64,000 bases of DNA from an uncultured delta proteobacterium (lineage in GTDB: Bacteria > Myxococcota > B64-G9): assembly GCA_963754925.1 (NCBI GenBank), contig CAVWHX010000004.1, positions 1,376,001 through 1,440,000 on the forward strand, written 5' to 3'. The translations under genes and the position numbers were made by a program. Positions 1-9,701 of the stretch are shown here, piece after piece. The notes under the pieces are model-generated. The model was not told where the DNA came from, did not search any database, and saw only the letters and a program-made list of their open reading frames with translations. Position 1 is the first letter of the stretch, and every line of letters starts with the position of its first letter.

Positions 1-1
1 G

Positions 2-322
2 TCGGTCTTTGCGGGAGAGCATTCGCCGTTTGTGGACAACCTGCGCTTTCTGGTTCGCCCCGGCGGCAGAAGACTGGGCGTGTGCACCTCCAGCGGTACC
101 GTAGGGCACTCGTTCAGCAAAGGCAAGGCCGACGCAGTGTGCGTGGTGGCGACGAGCTCCGCCGATGCCGACGCGGCGGCGACTTTTTTCGGAAATCAGG
201 TACAGAGTTGCGAAGACATCAACCGGGTGGTCGACCATGCCAGTCGACGCGACGGGGTGTTCGGGATACTTGTCGCGATCGGCGACAAGCTGGGTGTATG
301 GGGAGCGGTGGAAGTCGTATAA
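2..322 (+). CDS. UPF0280/ApbE-like protein (COG2122-type), 5'-truncated by window edge
   Basis: GVCTSSGTVGHSFSKGKADAV...ADAAAT motif; frame open from position 2; lies next to NIL-ferredoxin and DUF39 genes as in known clusters. Confidence 0.85.
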   Translation, partial: SVFAGEHSPFVDNLRFLVRPGGRRLGVCTSSGTVGHSFSKGKADAVCVVATSSADADAAATFFGNQVQSCEDINRVVDHASRRDGVFGILVAIGDKLGVWGAVEVV

Positions 323-346
323 TAATTTTTATGAAGGAGCAGCCTG

Positions 347-775
347 TTGACCAAGCGAAATGTCATTTTGCACTTCGACGCATCGTTAGTGGACAAGCCA
401 CTTATTTGTGGATTGATACGCACGCACGACATCACGGTTACCATTTTGCAGGCCAGAATCACGCCGGAGGAAGACGGTACGATGTTGATGCAGGTCGAAG
501 GTTCCGCCCGTGAAGTTAATAAAGCCCTCCGCTATCTCGATGCGTTAGGGGTGCGCATGTTGCTTCCGACCAAGAATATGATTTGGGACGAGGAGCGCTG
601 CACCCACTGTGGGGCCTGCGTCGCTCAGTGCCTCGCCAAGGCGCTCGCCCTCGATGCCCAAACTGGTCTGGTGAGCTTGAATGACAGTAGCTGTTTAGGC
701 TGTCGGCTCTGCATCCCGGCCTGTCCCTTTGGAGCGCTCACCTCGGTGGAAGAACATCTCAACAACGGTCGGTAG
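347..775 (+). CDS. NIL domain + 2x[4Fe-4S] ferredoxin
   Basis: N-terminal NIL-like domain; CTHCGACVAQC and CLGCRLCIPACP motifs; RBS AAGGAG. Confidence 0.88.
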   Translation: MTKRNVILHFDASLVDKPLICGLIRTHDITVTILQARITPEEDGTMLMQVEGSAREVNKALRYLDALGVRMLLPTKNMIWDEERCTHCGACVAQCLAKALALDAQTGLVSLNDSSCLGCRLCIPACPFGALTSVEEHLNNGR

Positions 776-798
776 CGAACGCCTCCAGGAGCGGCACC

Positions 799-2025
799 AT
801 GCAAAAGAGTTTTGAAGAAATAAACGCAAAAATCCGCAAGGGCAAGGCGGTTGTGTTGACGGCCGATGAGATGGTGGACGTGGTAAAGGAACGCGGCGTT
901 AAACGGGCGTTCCAACAGGTCGATGTGGTCACGACCGGAACATTTGCGCCCATGTGTTCTTCGGGCGCGTTGCTCAATACGGGCCACACCCGGCCGCGGA
1001 TGAATTTCAAGCGTGCCTGGCTCAATGACGTGGAAGCGTATTGCGGCATCGCAGCTGTCGATGTATATCTGGGAGCCACCGCCGTTTCCGAGGACGATCC
1101 CTGTAATAAAGTTTTCCCGGGAAAGTTTAGTTACGGCGGTGGGCATGTGATTGAAGATTTAGTCGCCGGCAGGGAGGTACTCTTTCGCGCGACCTCTTAC
1201 GGCAGCAATTGTTATCCACGCAAGGAGCTGACGAGCTTAATCAAGTTGAAGGATTTGCCGAGCGCCTGGCTACTTAACCCTCGCAATTGTTACCAAAACT
1301 ACAACGTGGCGGTAAACGCCCGCTCCCCAAAGTTGATGTACACGTACATGGGATTACTGCGCCCAAAAATGGCCAATGCCAATTTCTGTTCGGCCGGGCA
1401 ATTGAGCCCGCTGCTTAAGGACCCGCACTACCGGACCATCGGTATCGGTACCCGCGTGTTTTTAGGCGGTGGGGTGGGGTATGTCGCCTTTCCCGGCACC
1501 CAGCATGATCCAACTGTCAAGCGCACCAAGCACGGCGTTCCCATGGGCGGCGCCGGGACGCTTGCCCTCATCGGCGATCTCAAAACAATGAAACCGCGCT
1601 TCATACGCGGAGTCTCGATGACCGGCTACGGGCCATCGTTGGCCCTCGGCGTTGGTATTCCGATTCCTTTACTGAACGAAGAGATAACCGCCACCGCGGC
1701 ACTGTCGGATGAGGCGCTGATCGCTCCGGTGTGGGACTACGGCCATGACTATCCCGAGCGCACCGGTGAACCGCTCGGATACGTTTCATATGCTGAGTTG
1801 CGCACCGGCCAAATAAAGCTGCGGGGCAAAACAATTCCCACCGCATCGCTTTCGAGCCTACCGATGGCGCGGGAGGTTGCCGCAACCCTCAAAGATTGGA
1901 TTGCTTCAGGACGCTTTTTGCTTGGTCAACCAGTAGAGCTTCTCCCCGGAGAAGCCTCAGGAGTAAGCTCCCATCCTTTTGTAGAACGACCGCCAGACCG
2001 TCCGACAGCTCGGCGGCGAGGTTGA
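799..2025 (+). CDS. Homocysteine biosynthesis protein (DUF39 / L-aspartate semialdehyde sulfurtransferase-like)
   Basis: EINAKIRKGKAVVLTADE, VDVVTTGTFAPMCSSGA, NPRNCYQNY, TIGIGTRVFLGG motifs; RBS AGGAG. Confidence 0.9.
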   Translation: MQKSFEEINAKIRKGKAVVLTADEMVDVVKERGVKRAFQQVDVVTTGTFAPMCSSGALLNTGHTRPRMNFKRAWLNDVEAYCGIAAVDVYLGATAVSEDDPCNKVFPGKFSYGGGHVIEDLVAGREVLFRATSYGSNCYPRKELTSLIKLKDLPSAWLLNPRNCYQNYNVAVNARSPKLMYTYMGLLRPKMANANFCSAGQLSPLLKDPHYRTIGIGTRVFLGGGVGYVAFPGTQHDPTVKRTKHGVPMGGAGTLALIGDLKTMKPRFIRGVSMTGYGPSLALGVGIPIPLLNEEITATAALSDEALIAPVWDYGHDYPERTGEPLGYVSYAELRTGQIKLRGKTIPTASLSSLPMAREVAATLKDWIASGRFLLGQPVELLPGEASGVSSHPFVERPPDRPTARRRG

Positions 2026-2280
2026 CTGATGCGGTAACTTTCCCACCCGAATGTGAATTGAATCTGTTACGGCTCTACCAACCGTGCTGCCTCCGTATTT
2101 CTGCAAAGACTATATTTGAAAAAATATAATAGGAGCATTTAGCACGATGGGTATCGTGGCAGCTAACTGTTTGTTTTATAAATATATAATTCATGCCGAG
2201 GGATCGATTGCGAACCGCCTCAAAAATAATCTGGGGTTGACTTTTGCTCGTCGGTTTGGCATTAATAATTTAGTTCTCAC

Positions 2281-2430
2281 GGTAAGGAATTCGCCTCAGA
2301 CAAAATCGTGTGGGGAGGGGTTTTGTTTGGGGATGAGTATATTCCGAAATTCGGTTAGGGCCCTCTCGTGTCACTGGGTGCGTCCCCATCCCCCCCGACA
2401 CCTGGAAACCTTGGGGGCCCAATTTTTTTT
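2281..2430 (+). ncRNA. Candidate sRNA with two hairpins, a C-rich loop and a T8 tail
   Basis: TTGACT (2237-2242) plus AT-rich -10 region upstream; stems 2294-2307/2319-2332 and 2358-2365/2413-2420; T8 at 2423-2430; no credible ORF. Confidence 0.5.
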
Positions 2431-2441
2431 AATGAACTATT

Positions 2442-3647
2442 CTAAACCAATATCTTTCCTTCCGCACGCCATTTAAGAATCTGGGCACCCTGAGCAAGTT
2501 GTTTCTTCCAATACCCATCCAGCCGGCCGGTTGATTCCATCCGGCGTAGCGCCTGAACGATGGTGGGTTCGAGACGCTCGGGCGCCGCCGGCCAGGCCGG
2601 GGTGCCGGGCAGTGGCACATACACATGAATATGCAACCGTGCGTTGTGCTCAAGGCACCAACGGGCCAATTGGATGGTCTGAAGACGTTCGGCGGCCGAT
2701 TCTCCGGGAAAACAAAACAGTAAGTCGACATGGGGGACGAGGCGAGCCTCGACGGTCAGCAGGATCGCCCGGCGCGCCTGTTCGACGGTGTGACGACGAT
2801 TCATCAAGTCTAAAACCCGATCCGAACCAGACTGCGCCCCCAGCACCAACGTGCGGTTGATACAACGCTCGCGTATTAATCGGAGGAGATCGACGGTAAT
2901 ATGATCCGGCCGCACCTCGGAAGGAAAACTTCCCAACATTAATTGTGAAGCGCCGGCGGCATGGCAGGCGGATAGCAACGAGGTCACCGACTCCGCTACC
3001 GGCAGCTTCGCATGGCCTCGGTACGCGAAGGCGTCGGAACTAAGAAAGCGGAAGCGTCGATGGCCGGCCGTGACCGCCTGCGCGACCCCTTCGGCTACAA
3101 CTGCGGGACTGCGATGGCACATGCGCCGGCCGAACAAATGCGGCACCTGGCAAAAGCCGCATGCGTAGGAACAACCGCGGGAGATTTCGGCAAAAGGAAA
3201 CAACCGCCGTCGAGCATCGGCATGAACCAGACCATCGAGATCGATCCCCGTGGGGGAGGCGTGGCGGATCGGGTTGGGCCCGTACGCTGCAGCGTCGAGC
3301 CACTCTCGCATAAAGTGTGGAAAACTTTCCTCACCCTCGCCCACAAAAACAACATCGAAACCGGCCGCCAGCATTCCCTGTGGGTCGGCGCTGGGGTGGG
3401 CGCCTCCGGCAACTAACCAGGGCCGACGTTGACGGTTCCGTAGGTCAGCGACCTCGGGCAGCGCCCATGCTAAGTCCACCGTCGTCAGCGAGTAGGCTGC
3501 CACATGAGCGGTCTCGATCGTTCGACCTGGCCCGTCGGCGAAGGTTATGTGCAGGTGCTCTGAAACTCCGGCTTTGTCCAGGGCACGAATCAGCGGCGGC
3601 AACGAATTACGGTTGTGAGCAGTCCGGCGAAAGACGAGTGACGGCAA
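2442..3647 (-). CDS. B12-binding-domain radical SAM protein (TIGR04013-like)
   Basis: GGAHPS and VGEGE in B12-binding domain; EISRGCSYACGFCQ CxxxCxxC motif; PSEVRPD. Confidence 0.85.
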   Translation of the reverse strand: MPSLVFRRTAHNRNSLPPLIRALDKAGVSEHLHITFADGPGRTIETAHVAAYSLTTVDLAWALPEVADLRNRQRRPWLVAGGAHPSADPQGMLAAGFDVVFVGEGEESFPHFMREWLDAAAYGPNPIRHASPTGIDLDGLVHADARRRLFPFAEISRGCSYACGFCQVPHLFGRRMCHRSPAVVAEGVAQAVTAGHRRFRFLSSDAFAYRGHAKLPVAESVTSLLSACHAAGASQLMLGSFPSEVRPDHITVDLLRLIRERCINRTLVLGAQSGSDRVLDLMNRRHTVEQARRAILLTVEARLVPHVDLLFCFPGESAAERLQTIQLARWCLEHNARLHIHVYVPLPGTPAWPAAPERLEPTIVQALRRMESTGRLDGYWKKQLAQGAQILKWRAEGKILV

Positions 3648-3681
3648 AACTTCAAGTCCTCTATGACAGAATCAAGGCAAC

Positions 3682-4683
3682 CTATTCTTCCTCGACCACC
3701 GAATCATAGAACGTTACGTAGTCGGTAATCTTTTCTCCATTCAAGAATTTCATTGCCGAGCGTGGATGAATATTGAGCTGACCGGTGATCATATAGGGAA
3801 TGTCAAAGCCCCAGGAAATCTTTTTCCGCAGGGGAACAACATGTTCCTCGATGCACTTCAGGATGGGGCGCACATGGAATTTAGGGTTCTTGAGGAAACC
3901 AAGCAACAATTCAATAGGGCAATTGCCAGCCCCGCGTCCAAGTCCTGCCAGGGTGGCATCCAGATAACTGGCGCCAAGAATCAGGGCTTCGATCGTATTG
4001 GCGTAGGCGAGCTGCTGGTTATTGTGGGTATGTATGCCAACTTTCTTTCCGCTCGCATTGGCATATTTGAGGTACTTACGGGTCAAGGCCTGAATTTCCT
4101 CTGAATAAAGGGCCCCGAAACTATCAACCAGATAGATAACGTTTACCTCGGTTTTTGATAGAATTTCCAGGGCCTCGTCTAATTCGTGATCCGGGACCAC
4201 CGAAATGGACATCAGGTTGAGGGTGGTTTCATAACCTTTGTCATGGATGGCCTTAATCATATCGAGCGCCGTCGGGATCTGATGAATGTAGGTCGCCACC
4301 CGAATCATGTCGAGCACGCTTTGCGATTTGGGCAGGATATCTTCGTGATAATCGGTGCGCTCGGCGTCCGCCATGGCCGAAAGCTTCAATCCGCTGGGGT
4401 TATCCTCGACAATTTGACGAATGTCGTCTTCAGTGCAAAATTTCCAGCAACCGAATTCCTGGGGCGAGTAGATCTTTTTGGAACCTTTGTAGCCGATTTC
4501 CATGTAATCAATGCCGGCCGCCACACAGGTCTGATAAACGGCGCTGACGAACTCGCTGTCAAAGTTTGAATTATTCATCAAACCGCCGTCGCGAACGGTG
4601 CAATCCAACACCTTGATATCAGGACGATAGGTAAGCCATGAGCCTTTCTTTTTCGCCGGATGAGTTTGCTCTTTCTTCGCCAT
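3682..4683 (-). CDS. DRE-TIM/HMGL-like aldolase (4-hydroxy-2-oxovalerate aldolase-like)
   Basis: LDCTVRDGG, IHTHNNQQLA, GLGRGAGNCP motifs; start moved to ATG 4683 behind GAGGAG. Confidence 0.85.
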   Translation of the reverse strand: MAKKEQTHPAKKKGSWLTYRPDIKVLDCTVRDGGLMNNSNFDSEFVSAVYQTCVAAGIDYMEIGYKGSKKIYSPQEFGCWKFCTEDDIRQIVEDNPSGLKLSAMADAERTDYHEDILPKSQSVLDMIRVATYIHQIPTALDMIKAIHDKGYETTLNLMSISVVPDHELDEALEILSKTEVNVIYLVDSFGALYSEEIQALTRKYLKYANASGKKVGIHTHNNQQLAYANTIEALILGASYLDATLAGLGRGAGNCPIELLLGFLKNPKFHVRPILKCIEEHVVPLRKKISWGFDIPYMITGQLNIHPRSAMKFLNGEKITDYVTFYDSVVEEE

Positions 4684-4820
4684 GATGTTCTCCTCGCTGC
4701 TTTTCAAAATGCTTACTTTTTGATTATTCTGCCTATTGCAGCGTACGGCAATTAGAACTCTCTGCCATTTTATGTATAAGAAATCAAGTGTTAAATATAA
4801 GTATAAAAACCTTCAATGTA

Positions 4821-5726
4821 TCAGGCAGGACCTCTAAAGAGCATCGGTATCGTGAGCAGCAGCAACAGCGCGGCAAATGGCAACAGCACAACGAGCGCGG
4901 CACGCCAGGGGCTCATGCGATGGATCTGGGATAAGGCGATAACCTGAAGCGCTAATGTCCACATGCTGCCGAGCAGTTGACCAATGTAAGGGATTGCCAA
5001 CAGCAACAACGGGACAAATCCATAGGAGGTGGCGCGTATCGTGGCGCCAAAGCCCCGATTATTGGAGGCGGTGAGGACGACCACCGCATGGTAAATGCCA
5101 GCGCAGAGAAGCACGTTGGCAAGTCCTAACAAAGGAGAGAGATACATCGCCCAGGAAAAGGCGCTGTTAATAAAGGTCAGATAGTCCTCTGGGGAAATAC
5201 CATTGAGTTTGCCCTGCAAAACGCTGAGGAACGCCTGATGGTTGCGATGAAGTATCAACAGTAGGTAGAGCATTGAAAAATCTAATGCAATAGCACAGAT
5301 AATCGAACCAAAAACGAGCGCGCTTACGATACCGGTCTTGCCGACGCGCACTCTGATGAAAAAAGCTGCCGGCGAACTGATTATCTCCCTGATTGTTTGG
5401 ATAAAACCTTTGACATATCCATGCCTTCCTGACTCAAAGGCCGGGACAAATTCCTGAACCGTTGGTTCGAGGTCAGGTTCAAGTTGAGGTTCCCAAGGCT
5501 GAGCCTTCGGGTTTTTCTCCACGCTTGGATCCGAGCCTTGTCCTGGCGGTGTTTCTGTACGTACCTCCTGGGGTGACGGGGCGAGTTCATCGGGCGTGCC
5601 GCCTAACTGCGGCGGAACAAAGACCTCGGCATGGCAGATTGGGCACGTCTGCTGACCGTAGTGCATGGTCTCAAAGTTACGATCGCAACCTGCGCAGCGA
5701 GCCAAAATAGGGATGTTACTTTCCAT
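4821..5726 (-). CDS. YIP1-family membrane protein with N-terminal zinc ribbon
   Basis: CAGC...CPIC, Pro-rich linker, about five hydrophobic segments, RGFGATIRA motif. Confidence 0.75.
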   Translation of the reverse strand: MESNIPILARCAGCDRNFETMHYGQQTCPICHAEVFVPPQLGGTPDELAPSPQEVRTETPPGQGSDPSVEKNPKAQPWEPQLEPDLEPTVQEFVPAFESGRHGYVKGFIQTIREIISSPAAFFIRVRVGKTGIVSALVFGSIICAIALDFSMLYLLLILHRNHQAFLSVLQGKLNGISPEDYLTFINSAFSWAMYLSPLLGLANVLLCAGIYHAVVVLTASNNRGFGATIRATSYGFVPLLLLAIPYIGQLLGSMWTLALQVIALSQIHRMSPWRAALVVLLPFAALLLLLTIPMLFRGPA

Positions 5727-5785
5727 CGAGACTCCGGATACCCTAACCAAGTTTATCAGAACATAGTATAGCTTTTCGCATTCAT

Positions 5786-5820
5786 AAAAAAGCCGCGTAC
5801 CGTACCGCCCTGTACGCGGC
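5786..5820 (-). terminator. Intrinsic terminator after tRNA-Pro
   Basis: GCCGCGTAC/GTACGCGGC stem followed by a T-run on the minus strand. Confidence 0.6.
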
Positions 5821-5832
5821 AATTAATAACAA

Positions 5833-5906
5833 TCGGGAAGACAGGATTTGAACCTGCGACCCCCTGGTCCCGAACCAGGTGCTCTACCAGACTGAGCCAC
5901 TTCCCG
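5833..5906 (-). tRNA. tRNA-Pro(CGG)
   Basis: Cloverleaf: CGGGAAG acceptor stem, anticodon arm CCTGG-TTCGGGA-CCAGG, GGTTCAAATCC T-loop; CCA not encoded. Confidence 0.97.
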
Positions 5907-5913
5907 TTCTATC

Positions 5914-6063
5914 CAGAGCGGCATAACTTCGCATATCTTTGTCGCTTCCTCGTTTCGTCACTGCGGCGTACCTGCAGTACGCCTCGCTCCTCAACTTCGT
6001 CGCTCCTTGATATGCTTTGTTCTGCCGCTCTGTATCTCTATACGGCATAACTTCGCATATCTT
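5914..6063. repeat. ~120-bp MITE-like palindromic repeat (family B), plus a partial second left end at 6043-6063
   Basis: Ends CAGAGCGGCATAAC / GTTCTGCCGCTCTG; core GCGGCGTAC-N-AGTACGCCTC; homologues at 36912 and 50852. Confidence 0.85.
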
Positions 6064-6077
6064 CCAGCCTTTGGTAC

Positions 6078-6785
6078 CTATCGTTGCTTGCCTTGTGAAC
6101 GGTGCCGTCGGGACTTTGTCGGTGACGTCAATAACGCTCGCAAGGTAGCAATGGTCTGCTTAACATCGCCTGAAAAAATGCTGGTGCCGGCCACAAAAGC
6201 ATTGGCGCCGGCCCTGGCGGCCAGCCGTACGGTGTCATTGTTTATCCCACCATCAACTTGAATGTCAACAGGCAACTGGCGCTCGCTGATAATGGAAGCG
6301 ATGCGGGATATTTTTGGCAGCATGGCGGAAATAAACGATTGGCCACCAAATCCAGGTTCGACGGTCATAATCAGCACGAGGTCAAGCTCCTCAAGGATAT
6401 GTTCGATCGCCACGAGGGGTGTGGCCGGATTGAGGGCCACGCCACTTCTGCAGCCTGCTTGTCGAATGGCGCGCACGGTCCGGTAGAGGTGCAGGCAGGC
6501 TTCCGCCTGAACCGTGAGACCGGTAGCACCGGCGCGAGCGAACTCATCCAGATAGCGGTCGGGTTCAACGATCATCAAATGAACGTCGAGCGGCAGACGC
6601 GTGCGCCTACTGATTGCCTCCACGACCGGAATGCCGATAGTCAGGTTGGGAACAAACCGGCCATCCATGACATCGACGTGCACCCAGTCGGCTCCGGCCG
6701 CTTCACAGCGGGCAACCTCGTCGCCTAACGCGGCCATATCGGCCGAAAGAATCGAAGGAGCAATGATAAAAGGGCGGTTTTGCAT
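6078..6785 (-). CDS. rpe: Ribulose-phosphate 3-epimerase
   Basis: IAPSILSAD, HVDVMDGRFVPNLTIG, MTVEPGFGGQ, QVDGGIN. Confidence 0.97.
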   Translation of the reverse strand: MQNRPFIIAPSILSADMAALGDEVARCEAAGADWVHVDVMDGRFVPNLTIGIPVVEAISRRTRLPLDVHLMIVEPDRYLDEFARAGATGLTVQAEACLHLYRTVRAIRQAGCRSGVALNPATPLVAIEHILEELDLVLIMTVEPGFGGQSFISAMLPKISRIASIISERQLPVDIQVDGGINNDTVRLAARAGANAFVAGTSIFSGDVKQTIATLRALLTSPTKSRRHRSQGKQR

Positions 6786-6812
6786 GTCTCACCTTGCTAT
6801 TAAGACCTTGGT

Positions 6813-8187
6813 TTATGGTTTATGGACTAGACGCACCGCGAAAAATCCATCCATATCATGCTGGTCCGGCCAGGTATACAGGCAACGGTCGACATCGATC
6901 AGCTTGTGCCAAAGCGCATGGCGACCGGCAAGCGGGTCCGCCCGTTCGAACTCGCTATGGTCCTTCAACCAGTTATCGATAAGCATCGATCCTTCCTCGT
7001 GGCTGATGGTACAGACACTGTAGACCAAGCTGCCACCAGGCTTTACCACGTGTGAGACACTATTAAGAAGCTGGCGTTGCACTGCAGCTAAGTGGGCGAG
7101 GTCTTCGGGGAACAGTCGCCACTTGGCCTCCGGGTGCCGGCGCAGCACCCCGAGCGCCGAGCAGGGCGCATCGAGCAAAACACGATCGGAAACCCCCCCA
7201 CGTACTTGGAATTGGTTCGGACAAATCCGCTTGTATTGTCTGGATACAGGTTATCCCAAGATGCTCGGCCAACTTACGCACCAATCCACAGCGAGCTGGA
7301 TGGGCGTCTGCCGCTACGATTTCGCCTTGGTTGTCCATCAGCTCTGCCATGGTGCAGGTCTTTCCGCCCGGTGCCGCGCAGGCGTCCAGCACGCGCTCGC
7401 CCGGGCGCGGATCGAGCAGGTGGCAGACCGATTGGGCGGCCGCGTCCTGGATGTGAAACAAGCCAGCGTCATGGGCTGCGGCCGAGCGCAGTTCTTGTCC
7501 AAAGGGAGCGCAGATGGCTGCCGGCACATACTCCGAAAGGTGAGCCTCAACCCCGGAGGCTGACAACAGTTCGACCAGGGCATCAGGCGCTATCCTCAGG
7601 GTATTGGTACGCAACCACGAGGGCGCGGGTTGATTGCAGGCCGCCATAAACTGCTCGGCGCGTTGTGGTCCGAATTGCTCAACCCATCGTTGCACCATCC
7701 AGTCGGGAAAGGAAAGTCGGATGGCCAATGCCCGCTTCTGATTAACCTGTGGATCGGGCCAATCTATGTGCTCCCGTGCGCCGGCAAGTGCCCGCAGCAC
7801 TCCGTTGACGAAACCGGCCGCGCGTCGACCGCGTATGCTCGAAGCCAACGTTACCGCCTCATCCACCGCCGCCCAATCCGGAACGCGCTCAAGAAATAAC
7901 AGTTGGTAAGCGGCCAAACGAAGTATGCGCATGAGTCCTGGTTCGATTTTGTTCAACGGCCGTCGGCTGTGGGCTGCCAGAGCAAAGTCGAGATTCCGGC
8001 GAAAGCGGATGGTGCCGTAGACGAGCGTTGTGGCTAACGCCCGATCTTCCGCCGAGAGTTGCGGCGCCCGCTCTATCGCGTGTGTCAGTGCGAGAGTGGC
8101 GAAGGCTCCCTCCGCTTCAATACGCCGGAGGACCTCAAGGGCAATGCGGCGTGCGGGGCTAATTGGTTTTGGCTTTGTAATTTTCAT
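6813..8187 (-). CDS. rsmB: 16S rRNA m5C967 methyltransferase RsmB/Sun, split by a +1 frameshift near 7188-7199
   Basis: NusB-like N-terminus, IQDAAAQ, LDACAAPGGKT; DRVLLDAPCS and VYSVCT continue in another frame. Confidence 0.92.
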
Positions 8188-8249
8188 TGGCCCCGAGAGA
8201 AAAGCTAACGTTTCTCCGCCCCATTAACGATAACACATCGGACGGAATT

Positions 8250-9701
8250 TTACTTCTCTTCTTCCTCGATGTCGTCGTCCGTCGAGAGGCCGTATTTCCG
8301 CATCAACGAGTGAAAATTGGTGCGCTGCATGCCGACGTCCTCGGCCGCACGACTAACGTTTCCTTCGGCTCGCGCGAGCGCTTCCATTAAAAAGCGACGT
8401 TCAAGCTCGGACACCGCCGTATCGCGTATCTGCCGTTTGAAGTCCTTGAATTCATCCCAGGTGTGCGGGATGGAGGCTGCGGCTGGTTTGAGCAGTGACT
8501 GGCGCAGCTCGGCCGGCAGATGCTGCAGCTCAATGCGCTCGGCATCGCACAGGATCGCCATGCGTTCGACGATGTTTTTCAGTTCACGCACATTGCCCGG
8601 CCAGGAGTAGTTTTCCAAGACCCGCATGGCCTCGGGGGTAAAACCCTGCACCCGGATCGGCGTGGTTTTACGAAAGCGTTCCAGAAATGTCATGGCGAGC
8701 ACCGGAATATCGCCCTGGCGCTCACGCAAGGGTGGGAGCACAATCGGCACGACATTAAGTCGGTAGTAGAGATCCTCGCGAAATTGATCCGCCTTGACCA
8801 TCTCGAGCAGGTCGCGGTTCGTGGCGGCAATGAGCCGGATGTCCACCTCGCGTTCGGCGGTGTCACCAACTCTCCTCACCATGCGCGTCTCCAGAACCCG
8901 CAGGAGCTTGCCCTGAGTTTCGAGGGTGATATTGGACACCTCATCCAGAAAGAGCGTCCCGCGGTGAGCCACCTCGAACAGTCCCTGTTTGGTGGCGATC
9001 GCGCCGGAGAAAGAACCCTTGACGTGGCCGAACAGTTCGCTTTCCAACAGGGTCGAGGCGAGCGCGCTACAATCGCAGGCCAGAAAGGGTTGTTCCTTGC
9101 GCGGGCTGAGTTTGTGGATGGCGCGCGCCACCATTTCTTTGCCGGTGCCGCTCTCGCCGGTGACGAGCACCGTGCCGGCGGTTGGCGCTACGCGCTTGAT
9201 CATAGCGTAAACCTGCTCCATAACGCGGCTTTCGCCGATGATGCCCTCGAAGCCCTGCCGGGACTCGAGCTCGCGGCGCAGCGCGGCGTTTTCGCGCACC
9301 AGGCGGGAACGCTCGAGAACTTTTTTGAGCGCCATGCGCAACTCGTCGGGTGAGAACGGTTTGCCGACGTAATCGGCAGCCCCCAATTTCATAGCGTCGA
9401 CAGCGGTCTGAACGGTCGAGTAACCGGTGATTACCATCACCTCGGTTGATACGCCAGCCGCTCGCAGTTGTTTGAGAAAGTCCAGCCCGCTGAGCTCGGG
9501 CATGACCAGGTCAAGCAGAATGAGATCGTATTCCCCGGTAAGGGCGAGTTGCAGACCCTCCCGCGGATCCTGACGACACTCAACCTGGAAACCATCGGCC
9601 GTAAGAATCCGCAGACAACTGAGGCACACCACCGCCTCGTCGTCGATGACCAAGATGCGCTGAGCGCTGCGATCGGGTTGGGGTCCTGCAGCGGACATCA
9701 C
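8250..9701 (-). CDS. NtrC-family response regulator (receiver, AAA+, Fis HTH)
   Basis: Receiver LLDLVMP; GESGTGKE; ELFGHVKGSFSGA; FLDE; WPGNVREL; C-terminal HTH. Confidence 0.95.
   Translation of the reverse strand: MMSAAGPQPDRSAQRILVIDDEAVVCLSCLRILTADGFQVECRQDPREGLQLALTGEYDLILLDLVMPELSGLDFLKQLRAAGVSTEVMVITGYSTVQTAVDAMKLGAADYVGKPFSPDELRMALKKVLERSRLVRENAALRRELESRQGFEGIIGESRVMEQVYAMIKRVAPTAGTVLVTGESGTGKEMVARAIHKLSPRKEQPFLACDCSALASTLLESELFGHVKGSFSGAIATKQGLFEVAHRGTLFLDEVSNITLETQGKLLRVLETRMVRRVGDTAEREVDIRLIAATNRDLLEMVKADQFREDLYYRLNVVPIVLPPLRERQGDIPVLAMTFLERFRKTTPIRVQGFTPEAMRVLENYSWPGNVRELKNIVERMAILCDAERIELQHLPAELRQSLLKPAAASIPHTWDEFKDFKRQIRDTAVSELERRFLMEALARAEGNVSRAAEDVGMQRTNFHSLMRKYGLSTDDDIEEEEK

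Noticed and set aside
2147..2476. 109-aa ORF across the intergenic region
   Set aside because: No motif, overlaps the radical SAM gene end, and runs through promoter-like and terminator-like signals
8520..9353. Long antisense ORFs (also 12921-13628, 13653-14546, 16206-17231, 50947-51651, 58469-59440, 59519-60466, 61415-62209, 62877-63611)
   Set aside because: They lie opposite well-supported genes, as expected from GC-rich codon bias, and carry no motifs
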